The notes: generated by a model from the sequence alone, not told the origin. A DNA stretch of 64,000 nt from Gemmatimonadaceae bacterium (GCA_046327755.1 JAXLXW010000014.1:8051-72050), one strand, 5' to 3'. Counted from the stretch's first letter, positions 1 to 10,376 are shown. A program made the numbers and translations.

Positions 1-626
1 CGACACGGGGGATTGATCTGGGTCGACGTCACCACGCTGGCGCGCGCATCGCGCAGCCGCTGCACCGCATCGGGGATCAGTCGACCATGCACCTGTGTCG
101 TCGTCTGCGCGTCGGCCAGCGCCGCGCCAATGCGCAGGTAGAGCTCACCGCACGTCCGGTCGGCGACGATGGTCTGGCCCAGCGCCCGCACCGCGAGGTC
201 ACGCGCCATCCCCTGTTCCCAGGCGGCAAGCGTGTAGGCAAGCTGCGAGCGGTTGGAGATGCCGCGCCGGTACTGGTCGATGATCTGGGCGAGCCCCGAC
301 TGGATCTGCGCCCAGTTGGCGAAGGCGGGCCAGGGGGGCGGGCCGGGCGCACACTCGGCGTTGGCGGCCTGTGCGTGCGCTCCTGCCGCCGTGAGGTGCT
401 CGAAGAGCAGGGCGTCCTGCTCAGGGCCCGCGTTCTTCGCGAGCGCCTGCGCCCATCCGAGCCGGGCGCCGATGGCGAACAGGTGCCCGGGGCAGTTGAC
501 GTACTCGCCCTGCGCGCGGGCGATGCTGGACACAACAAGCAGCGCGAGCGCCAGGGACCAGGCGCGCGCGCCACACGAGTGGCGGATTGTACGAGACACG
601 AAACACCCCCTGCGAGCGGGAGCCAT
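1..626 (-). CDS. hypothetical secreted protein, partial (runs off left edge of window)
   Basis: This frame is not in the ORF track because it is open-ended. My hand translation of the minus strand from ATG 626..624 gives MAPARRGCFVSRTIRHSCGARAWSLALALLVVSSIARAQGEYVNCPGHLFAIGARLGW... and stays open to base 1. It has a signal-peptide-like hydrophobic stretch followed by ARAQ. I recognise no family. Confidence 0.4.
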   Translation of the reverse strand, partial: MAPARRGCFVSRTIRHSCGARAWSLALALLVVSSIARAQGEYVNCPGHLFAIGARLGWAQALAKNAGPEQDALLFEHLTAAGAHAQAANAECAPGPPPWPAFANWAQIQSGLAQIIDQYRRGISNRSQLAYTLAAWEQGMARDLAVRALGQTIVADRTCGELYLRIGAALADAQTTTQVHGRLIPDAVQRLRDARASVVTSTQINPPC

Positions 627-724
627 GCGGCGTGTGCTCCACGATGGCGTCGTTCCCGCAACCTGTCGGTAGGGGGAGAGGGGCAGGAACTCGGGTGATT
701 CCCGAGTGACGCCGCGTCGGGCGC

Positions 725-1771
725 CTAGGGGTTGTAACCGCTCGCCGCCAGCAAGGCGCTCGCGTTCTGCACCTCGATGAGCTCCTTGATCGCCCGCGCC
801 TTGTCCGTTGCCCTGTCGTAATACGCCTGGGCGATGCGATACCCCATGAAGTACCCCAGGTCACCGGGACGATCGCCAGCGTTGCTGCTGGCGGAGCCTT
901 GGTTGTAGAGCCACTGCGTCACATCGGTGCCCTGCATCTGCGACTGGAACTGCACCCAGAGTTCGTGCTCGTGCGCCAGCCCGTACGGACGCAGCCAGGC
1001 GTTGATGTTGTCCCCCGAGGCGCGCTCGCCGACGAAGTCGGCAATCCCCTCGGCGAGCGCTTGCTCGAGCAACGTCGACTTGCCGAAGATCCCGCTCGCG
1101 CGCGACTGCAGGATGTGGACGAGTTCGTGCGCGACGATGATGGGGAGCTTGCCGAGCGGCTTGACGTTGGTCTTCTGGAACGACTGCAACTCGTCCAGCG
1201 GCGCCGCGGCATTGTCGGGATAGTAGAACTCCACGCCGAGGAGGATCCGGTTGTTGCGAATCGTCCCCGCGGTCGAGAAGCGACCGAAGGCGAACGTCAC
1301 GGTCGGGAAGAGCGTCTCTGGATAGATCGACTTCATCGCTGAGTACGCGCTCCGCACCTGCGCGTCGACGGCACCGCCGGCCAGCGCGGTCGACGCCACG
1401 CGGCTCGCGGCGAAGTAGGTCGGGGCGCGGTCGACCATGTCGGCGAGCGAGGCGGCGGTGATGCTGCGCGCCTTGACGAAGTCGACGAGTCCGGGCGAGG
1501 CGTGGCCGAGGTAGAGCGTCTGGAAGGCGGTGGCCGACTTGCTGCGTTTGTATTCGTCGACCGCTGCCCAGAAGCGCGCGATGTCGGAGACGGAGAGCTC
1601 GGCGGCCGCGGCATCCGCCACGAGCGTGCCGGGGGTGCTGGGCGGGAGCGTCCCCGGCCCTGTCGCACTGTCTTCCTTCGAACAGCCGGCTAATGCGAGG
1701 CAGGTACCGAGCGCGGCAACGCGTCGCGTGAGAAGGACGAGCGGGCGGAGTTGGCGGCGTTGCAAGAACAT
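725..1771 (-). CDS. putative zinc metallopeptidase lipoprotein (HExxH, DUF2268-like)
   Basis: Part of ORF 725..1933. The internal ATG at 1771 gives MFLQRRQLRPLVLLTRRVAALGTCLALAGCSKE, a lipoprotein signal with a Cys. The HELVH zinc motif sits in PIIVAHELVHILQ, with a downstream EGIADFVGE. Confidence 0.7.
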   Translation of the reverse strand: MFLQRRQLRPLVLLTRRVAALGTCLALAGCSKEDSATGPGTLPPSTPGTLVADAAAAELSVSDIARFWAAVDEYKRSKSATAFQTLYLGHASPGLVDFVKARSITAASLADMVDRAPTYFAASRVASTALAGGAVDAQVRSAYSAMKSIYPETLFPTVTFAFGRFSTAGTIRNNRILLGVEFYYPDNAAAPLDELQSFQKTNVKPLGKLPIIVAHELVHILQSRASGIFGKSTLLEQALAEGIADFVGERASGDNINAWLRPYGLAHEHELWVQFQSQMQGTDVTQWLYNQGSASSNAGDRPGDLGYFMGYRIAQAYYDRATDKARAIKELIEVQNASALLAASGYNP

Positions 1772-1989
1772 GTGGAGCGCGACGAAGAGCTGCCGGATGC
1801 TAGCGCATCCATGACGGGAGGAGAACCGTTGCGTCACCCTATCCGAGGGACGAACGGTTGCCCATCGTACGAGGGAGATGTCGCTCCCGGTTTCGCCCTG
1901 TTTCTGCGCACCGACGAGGCGAAGGCTCTGCAATGCGGAGCCACCGTGAGCTGCATCGCCGCACCTCCCCTTCGCGGAGCCCCATCACC

Positions 1990-2382
1990 ATGCCCCACGC
2001 CGATACCGTTGCCTACAACGCACGCCAGTCGCCCGACGACCGAGCGATCTGCGACCTCCTCGCCCGAGAGATCGACCGCGCGCTCCCCGAGGCGGAGAAC
2101 AAGGTCTGGCACGCGCACCCCGTCTGGTTCCTCGACGGCAACCCGGTCGTGGGTTACAGCAAGTTGAAGGACTGCGTGCGCCTGATGTTCTGGAGCGGGC
2201 AGTCGTTCAAGTCGGAGGGATTGGCCAAGGAGGGGAACTTCAAGGTGGCGGGGGCGCGCTACACGTCGGTCGACGAGGTCGACACCAAGCGGATGAAGAA
2301 GTGGCTCGCCGAGTCCCGTGAGGTGCAATGGGACTACAGGAACATCGTCAAGCGGAAAGGGAAGCTCGAGCGACTGAAGTGA
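1990..2382 (+). CDS. DUF1801 (YdhG-like) domain protein
   Basis: Internal ATG at 1990 of ORF 1858..2382. The sequence KVWHAHPVWFLDGNPVVGYSKLKDCVRLMFWSG is the typical DUF1801 pattern. Confidence 0.7.
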   Translation: MPHADTVAYNARQSPDDRAICDLLAREIDRALPEAENKVWHAHPVWFLDGNPVVGYSKLKDCVRLMFWSGQSFKSEGLAKEGNFKVAGARYTSVDEVDTKRMKKWLAESREVQWDYRNIVKRKGKLERLK

Positions 2383-2396
2383 ACGCGTCGCGGACC

Positions 2397-2524
2397 CTCT
2401 GCGAACTCCGCGTTCTCTGCGGTGAGCGCACTCCCCGCGCGCGACCGCTGGACGAGCGATGAGGGTGCACGGCGGAGATCGCGGAGGAAGTAGCGCGGAA
2501 CGGAGAAGCCGGGATCTCGCGGAG
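2397..2524. repeat. REP-like cluster of short units with core CTC(C/T)G(C/T)G in direct and inverted orientation
   Basis: The forward unit ctctgcgaactccgcgttctctgcggtgagcgc lies at 2397..2429. Inverted cgcggag/cgcggaa units lie at 2480, 2494 and 2518. The forward unit closely resembles the unit at 12672..12701. Confidence 0.6.
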
Positions 2525-2606
2525 TCGCCCTACGCTTTTCGTGAGCGCCCTCTAGACTTCACGGCGACGTCCGTACGCTGCTCCCAGGAACTCCTCCCCC
2601 CGTGCC

Positions 2607-5033
2607 GTGCTGTTTCGCCCCCTCCGCTCGCTCCTGCTCCCGCTCTACCTCGCGCTCGGGACAACCGTCGCGCCGGCCCAATCCACGTCCGGCGTCACGC
2701 TCTCCGGCCGCATCGTCGACGCCGAGTCCAAGGGCGCGCTCCCGTACCTCTCCGTCCAGCTCCTCACCGAGAAGGACAGCGCCTTCGTCTCCGGTCGACT
2801 GACCGACGAATCGGGGGGCTTCTCGTTTTCCGGGTTGAAGAAGGGGAGCTACGTCCTGGCGGCCCGCCGCATCGGTTATCGCCCGATTCGCCAGCGCGTC
2901 CTCGTGGGCGAACTCTCGCCCTTCCTGGACCTGGGGACGATTCCGATGGTCCGGGAGGCGCAGGCGCTTGCCGGTGTCGTGGTGACGGGGAACGCCGACG
3001 CAGTCGCCGACGCGATGGACCGCAAGACCTTCACCGTCAGCGACAACGTCACGCAGTCGGGCGGGTCGGTGCTGCAGGCGATGTCGACGGTGCCGGGGGT
3101 CACGATGGGACAGGATGGGAAGCTGCTCCTGCGCGGGAGCGACAAGGTGGTCGTTCTCATCGACGGCAAGCAGACCGCACTCACCGGCTTCGGTTCGCAG
3201 GCGGGGCTCGACAACCTCCCCGCTTCGGCGCTCGAACGCATCGAGGTGATCAACAACCCGTCGGCGAAGTATGACGCGAATGCGAGCGCGGGGATCATCA
3301 ACCTCGTCTTCCGCAAGGAGGAGCAGGCGGGGTGGAACGGAAAGTTGGGGGTGATGGGTGGCGCCGGCGCGCTCTGGGAAAAGCAGGCGAACCTCCCCAC
3401 CATCCGTCCGCAATACCGCGGGACGCCCAAGTTCAACCCGTCGGTCGCGCTCAACCATCGGAGCGGTGCGACCAACACGTTCCTGCAGGCGGACTGGCTC
3501 TACTCCCCCACGCTCAACAAGAACGAGTTCGCGACGCGCACATACGACGACGGGACGGTCATCCGGCAGCAGGTCAAGCGCAACCGGCGGACCGACTACG
3601 CGACGCTCAACGCGGGGGTCGATCACGCCTTGAGCGGGCGCAACACCTTGCACGTGGCGGGGCTGTTCAACCGGGAGAAGATCCTCGACTACGGCGACAA
3701 CCCGTACTTCGAGGGGACGCTGCAGAATCGCGTGCGCCTCTGGCAGTTCCTGGAGGACGAAGTGAAGTACACCGCATTCGCCACCGCGTCCGTCATCCAC
3801 AAGTTCCCGCAGGCGGGGCACGTTCTCACCCTCACCAGCAACTACTCGTTCCATCGCGAGGACGAGAAGTACTACTTCACCAACACGCGGCCGAGCTTCG
3901 TGGGGAAGGACGCCTTCAAGCTCATCTCGGACGAGCACGTGGTCGACCTCAACGCCGACTACGTGAAGCCGTTGCGGCAGGGGCGGGTGGAGGCGGGGTT
4001 CAAGGGGCGCTATCGCTCGATCCCGGTGAACATGCGCTTCTTCCCGGGGCTCAACTCGCCGATCGACACCGGCGCGGGCGGGTGGGCCAACTATCGCGAG
4101 ACGATCCCGGCGCTGTATGGGACCTACGTTTTCGAGAGCACGCACCTCGAGCTCGAAGGCGGGGTGCGGGTCGAGGGCGTGCATGTCAACTACGACGTCA
4201 ATCCCAACCACAACACCTACAAGAGCGACGGTTATCGCTACTTCCAGCCGTTCCCCAACGTGCGCGCGGCGTGGAAGTTCGATGATGCCAACAAGCTGTC
4301 GCTGTTCGTCAACCGCCGAGTGGACCGGCCCAACGAGGTCGACATCCGCATCTTTCCCAAGTACGACGAGCCGGAGCTGATCAAGGTGGGGAACCCGGCG
4401 TTGCAGCCGCAGTACGCGACGTCGCTGGAGCTTGGATACAAGACGAGCTGGTCGATGGGGAGCGTCTACGCCGCGGCGTATCATCGCATCGTCGACGGGA
4501 CCATCACGCGCATTGCGACGCAGGCACCGGGGAGCACGCTGCTGTACAACGTCTTCCAGAACGCGGGGCGCAGTTGGAGCACCGGGGGCGAGGTGGTCTG
4601 GCAGCAGACGCTCGCCGCGCGGTTCCTCCTCAACGCAAACGCCACCCTGTACCGCCGCACCGTCGATGCCTTCTCGGTGGTGAACCGCTATCCGGTCCCG
4701 GTCACCTTCACGGCGCCAAGGGAGCAGCTCACCTCGGGGAACGTGAAGCTGGGCGCGACGGCCACGCTCCCCGGGGACTGGCAGCTGCAAGTCGCCAACA
4801 CCTACCTCGCCCCCGACCTCTTCCCCCAGGGGCGCCTGGGGAGTCGGTATGCACTCGACGCCGGGGCGAAGAAGAGCGTGCAGCGCGGGAGGGGCGAGCT
4901 CGTGATCAACGCGACCGATCTCCTGGCCACCAACCAGGCGGAGCGCACGTTGCGCGGGACGAACTTCCGCCTCGTGAGCACGGACTATCTCGAGACGCAG
5001 GTCGTGCGCGTGGGCTACAACTGGAAGTTCTAG
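2607..5033 (+). CDS. TonB-dependent outer-membrane receptor with N-terminal CarboxypepD_reg-like domain
   Basis: 808-aa ORF with a GTG start and a signal peptide ending APAQS. It has SGRIVDAESKGALPYLSVQL (CarboxypepD_reg-like) and the plug motif LERIEVINNPSAKYDA. The C-terminus ...VRVGYNWKF ends in an aromatic residue, as beta-barrels do. Confidence 0.9.
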   Translation: MLFRPLRSLLLPLYLALGTTVAPAQSTSGVTLSGRIVDAESKGALPYLSVQLLTEKDSAFVSGRLTDESGGFSFSGLKKGSYVLAARRIGYRPIRQRVLVGELSPFLDLGTIPMVREAQALAGVVVTGNADAVADAMDRKTFTVSDNVTQSGGSVLQAMSTVPGVTMGQDGKLLLRGSDKVVVLIDGKQTALTGFGSQAGLDNLPASALERIEVINNPSAKYDANASAGIINLVFRKEEQAGWNGKLGVMGGAGALWEKQANLPTIRPQYRGTPKFNPSVALNHRSGATNTFLQADWLYSPTLNKNEFATRTYDDGTVIRQQVKRNRRTDYATLNAGVDHALSGRNTLHVAGLFNREKILDYGDNPYFEGTLQNRVRLWQFLEDEVKYTAFATASVIHKFPQAGHVLTLTSNYSFHREDEKYYFTNTRPSFVGKDAFKLISDEHVVDLNADYVKPLRQGRVEAGFKGRYRSIPVNMRFFPGLNSPIDTGAGGWANYRETIPALYGTYVFESTHLELEGGVRVEGVHVNYDVNPNHNTYKSDGYRYFQPFPNVRAAWKFDDANKLSLFVNRRVDRPNEVDIRIFPKYDEPELIKVGNPALQPQYATSLELGYKTSWSMGSVYAAAYHRIVDGTITRIATQAPGSTLLYNVFQNAGRSWSTGGEVVWQQTLAARFLLNANATLYRRTVDAFSVVNRYPVPVTFTAPREQLTSGNVKLGATATLPGDWQLQVANTYLAPDLFPQGRLGSRYALDAGAKKSVQRGRGELVINATDLLATNQAERTLRGTNFRLVSTDYLETQVVRVGYNWKF

Positions 5034-5081
5034 CGTCGCGGTCGCGCCCGCGCGTGAGCGCAGCGACGCTCCCGTCGGCGT

Positions 5082-5864
5082 TCACGGCTTCGGAAACGGT
5101 GGATTGGCCGCGAGCGCTGCCTCGGCGGCCCTTTGCAGGGCGCGCACCGTCGCCGAGTCGATCGAGGTGCCCGGGATCGACGCCGGGAGCGACCCGGGGC
5201 GCACGCCGCGCAGCCGCTCGAGCAACGCCGTCGCCGCTAGGTACGTCCCCGACATCGTCGGGTGGAGCCCGTCGCTGTACAGCGCGTCGAGGGAGCCGTA
5301 GGCCGTCCACGCCGCACCGCCAGGTGCAAAGATGGCGTGGATCGTGCGCGCCGCGTCGAGATACGAATCGTGGACCCCGGGAAAGTCGAAGCGGCGCTCG
5401 AAGGATGGCCACACCATCAGCATGACGGGCTGCGCCCCCGCATCGCGGATGACCGGGGCAAAGGTGCTCGCCCAGGTGCGCAGGTGGACGCGGCTCTCGG
5501 GGAGCGCAGACGGTCCCTGCTGCAGGACGACGTAGTCCCATCGTCGCGACTGGATGCGCTGGCGTGCCGTCCCGTCCAGCCAGTGGTCCTCGAGCGAGAA
5601 GTCGGGAGCGGCCACCATCGACACGTGCAGGGCGGTGTCGCCGGCGAGGCGCGCCAGTCGCTCGACCATCGCCGGAAGGTCGTTGGTATACGTGAGCGAG
5701 TTCCCGACGAAGAGGACCTGCGTCCCCCCTTCGTTCCCGGGGGGTGCCATGATCCCCGCGCTTCCGCAACCGGCCACGGCGACGGCGATGCCGACCGCCA
5801 CCAGGGCGCGGAGCTGACGTCCAACTCGGGGGAGCAGGCGGGACGAGGCGTGATGTGCGCGCAT
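5082..5864 (-). CDS. SGNH/GDSL-family hydrolase lipoprotein
   Basis: ATG start and lipobox-like AVAGCGS. Block I-like motif is LFVGNSLTY and block V-like motif is SDGLHPT. Confidence 0.8.
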   Translation of the reverse strand: MRAHHASSRLLPRVGRQLRALVAVGIAVAVAGCGSAGIMAPPGNEGGTQVLFVGNSLTYTNDLPAMVERLARLAGDTALHVSMVAAPDFSLEDHWLDGTARQRIQSRRWDYVVLQQGPSALPESRVHLRTWASTFAPVIRDAGAQPVMLMVWPSFERRFDFPGVHDSYLDAARTIHAIFAPGGAAWTAYGSLDALYSDGLHPTMSGTYLAATALLERLRGVRPGSLPASIPGTSIDSATVRALQRAAEAALAANPPFPKP

Positions 5865-6232
5865 GCCGCTACGCTACTGTCGCCGGTGGCGCGCGGCGTC
5901 ATCGGCGGGACCAGCGGTGCGAGCGTCGGTACCGGCGGTGAGCGTCAGGGGCCGACCGCGACGGCTGGATGAACCTTGCCGCCCGCGTGACCGATGCCCT
6001 GATTGTCAGAGGCCTGCGTCCCACGGCCAGCCTCCCGCGGCCAGCCTCGCACCCCTCCGCGAGGCTGTTCCCCTCCTTCGTCCTCGCGTCCCCGGCGCCT
6101 CCCGTCATGCGTCACCCCGACCACGCGGCGCACCGCGCCAATCGCCATCCTCGAGCGGGGAGGGACGGCGGCGCAACGCACCGGCGCGAGGGAGGCGGAC
6201 GTCGTACCGGCGTCTTGCGGCTGACGGTGGAA

Positions 6233-7288
6233 ATGGCGGCGCTCCTGTCTGCCGCGCTGACTGTCGTCGCATGCGGGGAGAGCGGCACCGCCCCCAGTCG
6301 TGCCCGTGTCGTGATCGACCGCGCGACGATCTCGATGCACGAGGGGCGCATCGATACCGCGACCGCGACGGCCTACGATGCGGCGGGGCGCGTGATCACG
6401 TCACCCATCACCTGGAGCTCCGCCGACCGGCGTGTCGCCTGGGTCGATACGACGGGCGAGATCCACGGCGTTGCTCCCGGGCGCACGACGATCACGGCGA
6501 CCGCAGGCACGCTCAGCGGGACGGCGGAGTTGACGGTCCTCGCCGACAGCGGCAGGCCGCAGCTCGGATCGCTCGAGTTGTCCCGGCAGGCGATCGACCT
6601 CACCGGCGGCGACGCGGCGCTCGTCGTGCGCGTGCGCGCGCGAGACCTGGAGTCGGGAGTTCACTACCTGCTGGTCTCGATGCTCCCGCCGACGCCCTCG
6701 AACAACGTGCGCCTGCGACAGTACTGCGCGCCCACGCTCGAGAGCGGGACACGGGCGGACGGCACCTGGAGCTGCACCGTCGCGCTCCACCACTACACGG
6801 CACCGGGGACGTGGCGCCTAACGGTGACGGCCTATGACTGGCGCCCGCTCTTCCCCAATGGCGACAGCACGAGTGTCGCGGTGACGGTGACGAACCCGCG
6901 CACCGACGACACCCCGCCCACACTCGACGACCTCACCTTTACGTCGCAGCGCGTCAACGAGCCGCCCTACGGCGAGAGTCGACTCATCTCGGTCAGCGCG
7001 CACGACGACGAGTCGGGGGTGCTGACGATCGAGTATGGGCTCGACAGCGACACGCAGCCCGGTGTCTATGGGTGCGGTGCCGAGCGACCGTTCCCGCCCG
7101 CGTTCCCCTGGCAGCCGGCGCGCACCGTCACGGGGACGTGTCCCCTCCCGCTCGTCGCCAGCAGCACCCCCGTGTATCGCACCTTCAGTCTCGTGCGGCT
7201 GACGGATGCGCGCGGGAACGTGCGCACGATGACCAAGGACGACCTGGAGCGCGCGGGGTTCGTGACGCGGATCGACATCAGGAAGTAG
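6233..7288 (+). CDS. lipoprotein with bacterial Ig-like (Big_2) domain
   Basis: The internal ATG at 6233 of ORF 5969..7288 gives MAALLSAALTVVACGESG. A Big_2-like segment follows: ATAYDAAGRVITSPITWSSADRRVAWVDTTGEIHGVAPGRTTITATAG. Confidence 0.7.
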   Translation: MAALLSAALTVVACGESGTAPSRARVVIDRATISMHEGRIDTATATAYDAAGRVITSPITWSSADRRVAWVDTTGEIHGVAPGRTTITATAGTLSGTAELTVLADSGRPQLGSLELSRQAIDLTGGDAALVVRVRARDLESGVHYLLVSMLPPTPSNNVRLRQYCAPTLESGTRADGTWSCTVALHHYTAPGTWRLTVTAYDWRPLFPNGDSTSVAVTVTNPRTDDTPPTLDDLTFTSQRVNEPPYGESRLISVSAHDDESGVLTIEYGLDSDTQPGVYGCGAERPFPPAFPWQPARTVTGTCPLPLVASSTPVYRTFSLVRLTDARGNVRTMTKDDLERAGFVTRIDIRK

Positions 7289-7377
7289 GGAGAGGGGAGG
7301 CAATCGGCATTCGACACGCTCCCCGCTCGCCCCGCCGCGCGCCTCGCTCGCGCCCCCCCCCGCGCCCCGATCGCGCG

Positions 7378-8730
7378 TCAGTGCCTCGCTTGCTCCCGCA
7401 CGTAGACGATCGTCACGATCGACTGGTCGTAGGCGCTGCGGATACTGCTCTTCACCCGCACCTCCACATACGCGTCGAGCGCCTCTATCGCCCGCACCGC
7501 GTCGTCCATGGGCCCCTGCTCCTTCGAGACGAGCGTGACCTCCAGCCCCTTGCCAGCCCCGCGCGTTCCGGCCCAGGTCACCCCGGCGGGGAGCGCCTGG
7601 AAGAGCGCCCGCGTGGGATCGTGCGGATTGGCGGGAGAGTCGGTCCAGATGTCACCCAGCGCGAGGGCGAGGAGCCACTCGCCCTCCGGCGCGCGCGTGA
7701 GCCCCACGACGCCCTCATGGCGAAAGCGATAGGCACCGCGCACCGCTGTCATGAGCTGCGTGAAGGGCGTCGTGTTGCGGCTGGCGATGAGCGCGCGATA
7801 CCCGTCGCCGTCGCGCTCCACCGATTGCAGCTGCACGCCCTGGGGCAGGAGTGGGCGCAGCGCGCTGGCGATCGAGTCGGGCGCGGTCACAGGCGCGATC
7901 GCGGGCGCGTTGGTAGCGCTGCGGATCGGTGGGGGCTCGAACGGCTCCGCCCACGGGCGCGCCACGACGCCGTCGGAGGCAGGAGCGGCCGACGGCCAGC
8001 GCCCCCACTGTCGCGCGCCCCACGTCCCCAGCTCGATCCCCCGGCACCCGTCGCCGCACCAGAGCGTCAGCTCCTTCTCATCCTTGTAGTCGGCACGTGC
8101 CAGGAGTGAGCCCTTCTCCCCGCGCCGCAGGAGGACCTCGCCGATCACCGTGTCGGGGCGCGGGTTCATCGGGTCGGGCCCCGGGTCGTGCACCACGCGG
8201 TCGAAGCGCACCCACCCCCGGGTGCAGCGATAATGCGAACGGCGCGTGAGCACATGGCGCTGCGTGGGGGGGAGCGTCAGCTGCCAGAAGTTCGCCTCGT
8301 ACGCCGAGTCGGTCATCGTGGCGAAGCCCGACGACCAGCGGATGGCGGGGCGTTGCAGCTCGCGGAACTGGCGCGCGTAGAATGCATCGCGGTCGCCCAG
8401 CGCGGCGCGATAGTCGGCGCGCTGCGCCTCACTGCGCGCCAGCGTGATCACGAGTGAGTCGTCGGGATCGCCGGCGATCGTCATCGTCTCCCACGGGTAC
8501 TGGCGCCCGCGGTCGCCCGCGAGGGCGCCCAGGTCGGTCTGCGAGAAGGGGGGCACCATCGCGACGAGCGCATAGGTCCCCTCCAGGCTGGGGCAGCTCC
8601 CGGTGAGGCGCGCCCACGGTTCCGGGCGCGCACGCTCGCCGTCCGGCGCTCCTCCCGCGCAGGCAGCGCCGAGCACGGCGAGCGCCAGCGCGCATTTGAA
8701 GGTGAGGCGATGTGCGATGCGACGCGTCAC
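7378..8730 (-). CDS. hypothetical exported protein or lipoprotein
   Basis: Long ORF 7378..8829; the track start is TTG. I prefer the GTG at 8730, which gives [27 protein letters not shown] (signal-like). I recognise no family, and the start is uncertain. Confidence 0.5.
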   Translation of the reverse strand: MTRRIAHRLTFKCALALAVLGAACAGGAPDGERARPEPWARLTGSCPSLEGTYALVAMVPPFSQTDLGALAGDRGRQYPWETMTIAGDPDDSLVITLARSEAQRADYRAALGDRDAFYARQFRELQRPAIRWSSGFATMTDSAYEANFWQLTLPPTQRHVLTRRSHYRCTRGWVRFDRVVHDPGPDPMNPRPDTVIGEVLLRRGEKGSLLARADYKDEKELTLWCGDGCRGIELGTWGARQWGRWPSAAPASDGVVARPWAEPFEPPPIRSATNAPAIAPVTAPDSIASALRPLLPQGVQLQSVERDGDGYRALIASRNTTPFTQLMTAVRGAYRFRHEGVVGLTRAPEGEWLLALALGDIWTDSPANPHDPTRALFQALPAGVTWAGTRGAGKGLEVTLVSKEQGPMDDAVRAIEALDAYVEVRVKSSIRSAYDQSIVTIVYVREQARH

Positions 8731-8942
8731 GAGCCGGCGAAACAGGAGGTCATGAGGGACGAGGCCGCTCCGACGCCCGGGGCAACGGCTGCGCTCCCTA
8801 CATGGACGGCCCCGCCCCGCGCCCCGCAACGCGTTGGGGAGGGCCGACGAGGTGCCGACGAGGTGCCGACGCGATGTCGCCCTCCCTCGTGCGGCCGCGC
8901 ATGCCGTGCGAGCGATCCCTGTGCCCCTTCTCCCCTCGCCCC

Positions 8943-9572
8943 ATGTCGACGATCTACCCCCCGACCATCATCGAACGCTCGAGCCGCGGCGAACGGCAAT
9001 ACGACATCTTCTCGCGCCTCCTCCTCGATCGCATCGTCTTCCTCGGCACCCCCGTCACCGACGACGTCGCGAACATCATCATCGCGCAGCTCCTCTACCT
9101 CGACGCGGACGCACCGGGGAAGGACATCCACCTGTACATCAACTGTCCCGGCGGGAGCGTGTCGGCGGGACTGGCGATCTACGACACGATGCAATGGGTG
9201 CGATCGCCGGTGGCCACCATCTGCATGGGCTTCGCGGCGAGCATGGGGTGCTTCCTCCTCGCGGCGGGGGCGGCGGGAAAGCGATCGGCGCTCCCGCACG
9301 CGCGCATCATGCAGCACCAACCGTCCCAGCGCGGCGGCGGTGGGACGGCGAGCGAGATCGAGATCCAGGCGCGCGAAATCATTGCCTCACGCGAACTGGT
9401 CAACCGGCTCATGGCAAAGCACACCGGGCGCCCGGTGGAACAGATCGAGCGTGACTTCGACCGCGACTACTACATGTCGGCGGAGGAGGCACGCGGGTAC
9501 GGACTGATCGACCAGGTGATTGCGGGGCCGGTGGATGTGGCGGTGGCGGAGACGACCGGAGAAGCGCGCTGA
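8943..9572 (+). CDS. clpP: ATP-dependent Clp protease proteolytic subunit
   Basis: The ATG at 8943 gives [35 protein letters not shown]. Catalytic Ser is in GFAASMG, His in IMQHQP and Asp in DRDYYM. Confidence 0.9.
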   Translation: MSTIYPPTIIERSSRGERQYDIFSRLLLDRIVFLGTPVTDDVANIIIAQLLYLDADAPGKDIHLYINCPGGSVSAGLAIYDTMQWVRSPVATICMGFAASMGCFLLAAGAAGKRSALPHARIMQHQPSQRGGGGTASEIEIQAREIIASRELVNRLMAKHTGRPVEQIERDFDRDYYMSAEEARGYGLIDQVIAGPVDVAVAETTGEAR

Positions 9573-9635
9573 GTCGCCCGTTCCAGAAGCGCGGGCGCCG
9601 GGCGTGTCGCGATGACGCCGTTGCCGCGCGCCGCA

Positions 9636-9731
9636 CTCCTCCGTGACCCTCCGTGAGTCCTCCGTGAACCTCCGTGTCACGCTGTTGAAAGCACGACGCA
9701 GAGGCTCACGGAGGCAGCACGGAGGTTCACA
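9636..9731. repeat. REP-like element: 4 direct CCTCCGTG units plus 2 inverted CACGGAGG units
   Basis: cctccgtga occurs at 9638, 9648 and 9659, and cctccgtgt at 9669, a 10-11 bp period. ctcacggagg lies at 9705..9714 and cacggaggttcac at 9718..9730. gtgaacctccgtg (9664..9676) is the exact reverse complement of 9718..9730. Confidence 0.7.
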
Positions 9732-9901
9732 GAGATGGGCAGGGAACTTGGCGGCGAGTACGCATCAGGTTGCTGGTTGCGCCTGCCGAGCGCCCGGCCA
9801 TTGCGGCTGTCGCGGTGTGGTGTGAAGATGGGGCGACTCTCCGGGTCGATCCCTTCATCGCGGCGCATCGCAGCCTTCGCGCCGCCACCAAGAGGCCCCT
9901 C

Positions 9902-10312
9902 ATGCCCGTTGCTCTCGATCGTACAAAGACAAACCCGTGGAAGCTCCAGACCGCCCCCGGCACCTCGGAGTTCACGATGCACGTGGACGAGAAGGACGGG
10001 AAGCAGATCCTCGTCTGCACCGTCGGGAGCACGGTCCTGCACTACGACGCGCGCTGCATCGACGACCTGCACGCGATGCTCAAGGCGGCGGGTGACTGGG
10101 TGGAGCTCGGTGGGGCGGACGAACAGAAGCCGGCGAAGGAGGGGACGGTCGAGGGCTGGGGACGATCGCCGAGCAATCCCGTGGGCGGATGGTACGGGCT
10201 CAAGAAGGGGTTCCGCGGACGCTTCGGCGTCTACGTACCGCCGCTTATGGAGGCGCTGGGGCTGTGCGAGTTGGAGCACAACCCCAAGAACAACCGGATG
10301 CGGGCCAAGTGA
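9902..10312 (+). CDS. conserved hypothetical protein
   Basis: Internal ATG at 9902 of ORF 9770..10312: MPVALDRTKTNPWKLQTAPGTSEF ... GGWYGLKKGFRGRFGVYVPPLMEALGLCELEH. It looks like a real globular protein, but I cannot name the family. Confidence 0.6.
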   Translation: MPVALDRTKTNPWKLQTAPGTSEFTMHVDEKDGKQILVCTVGSTVLHYDARCIDDLHAMLKAAGDWVELGGADEQKPAKEGTVEGWGRSPSNPVGGWYGLKKGFRGRFGVYVPPLMEALGLCELEHNPKNNRMRAK

Positions 10313-10376
10313 GATGGCGCGCTGGCGCGGTGAGCGCGCGCGGTGTGCGCGCGCGGTGTGCGGGCGATGTTCCAAC

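Noticed and set aside
2559-4790. 743-aa ORF antisense to the TonB-dependent receptor. Similar long antisense ORFs occur at 15662..17353, 30294..31817, 33679..35400, 35476..37014, 37876..40662, 46116..47144, 48246..49883 and 53708..55762.
   Set aside because: Their translations are Arg/Pro/Gly/Ala-rich low-complexity strings with no recognisable motifs. In each case the opposite strand encodes a protein with clear family signatures. Long stop-free antisense frames are expected at about 70% GC.
9643-9825. 60-aa ORF (MTLRESSVNLRVTLLKARRRGSRRQHGGSQ...)
   Set aside because: It is simply a translation of the CCTCCGTG/CACGGAGG repeat array, so it is not a credible protein.
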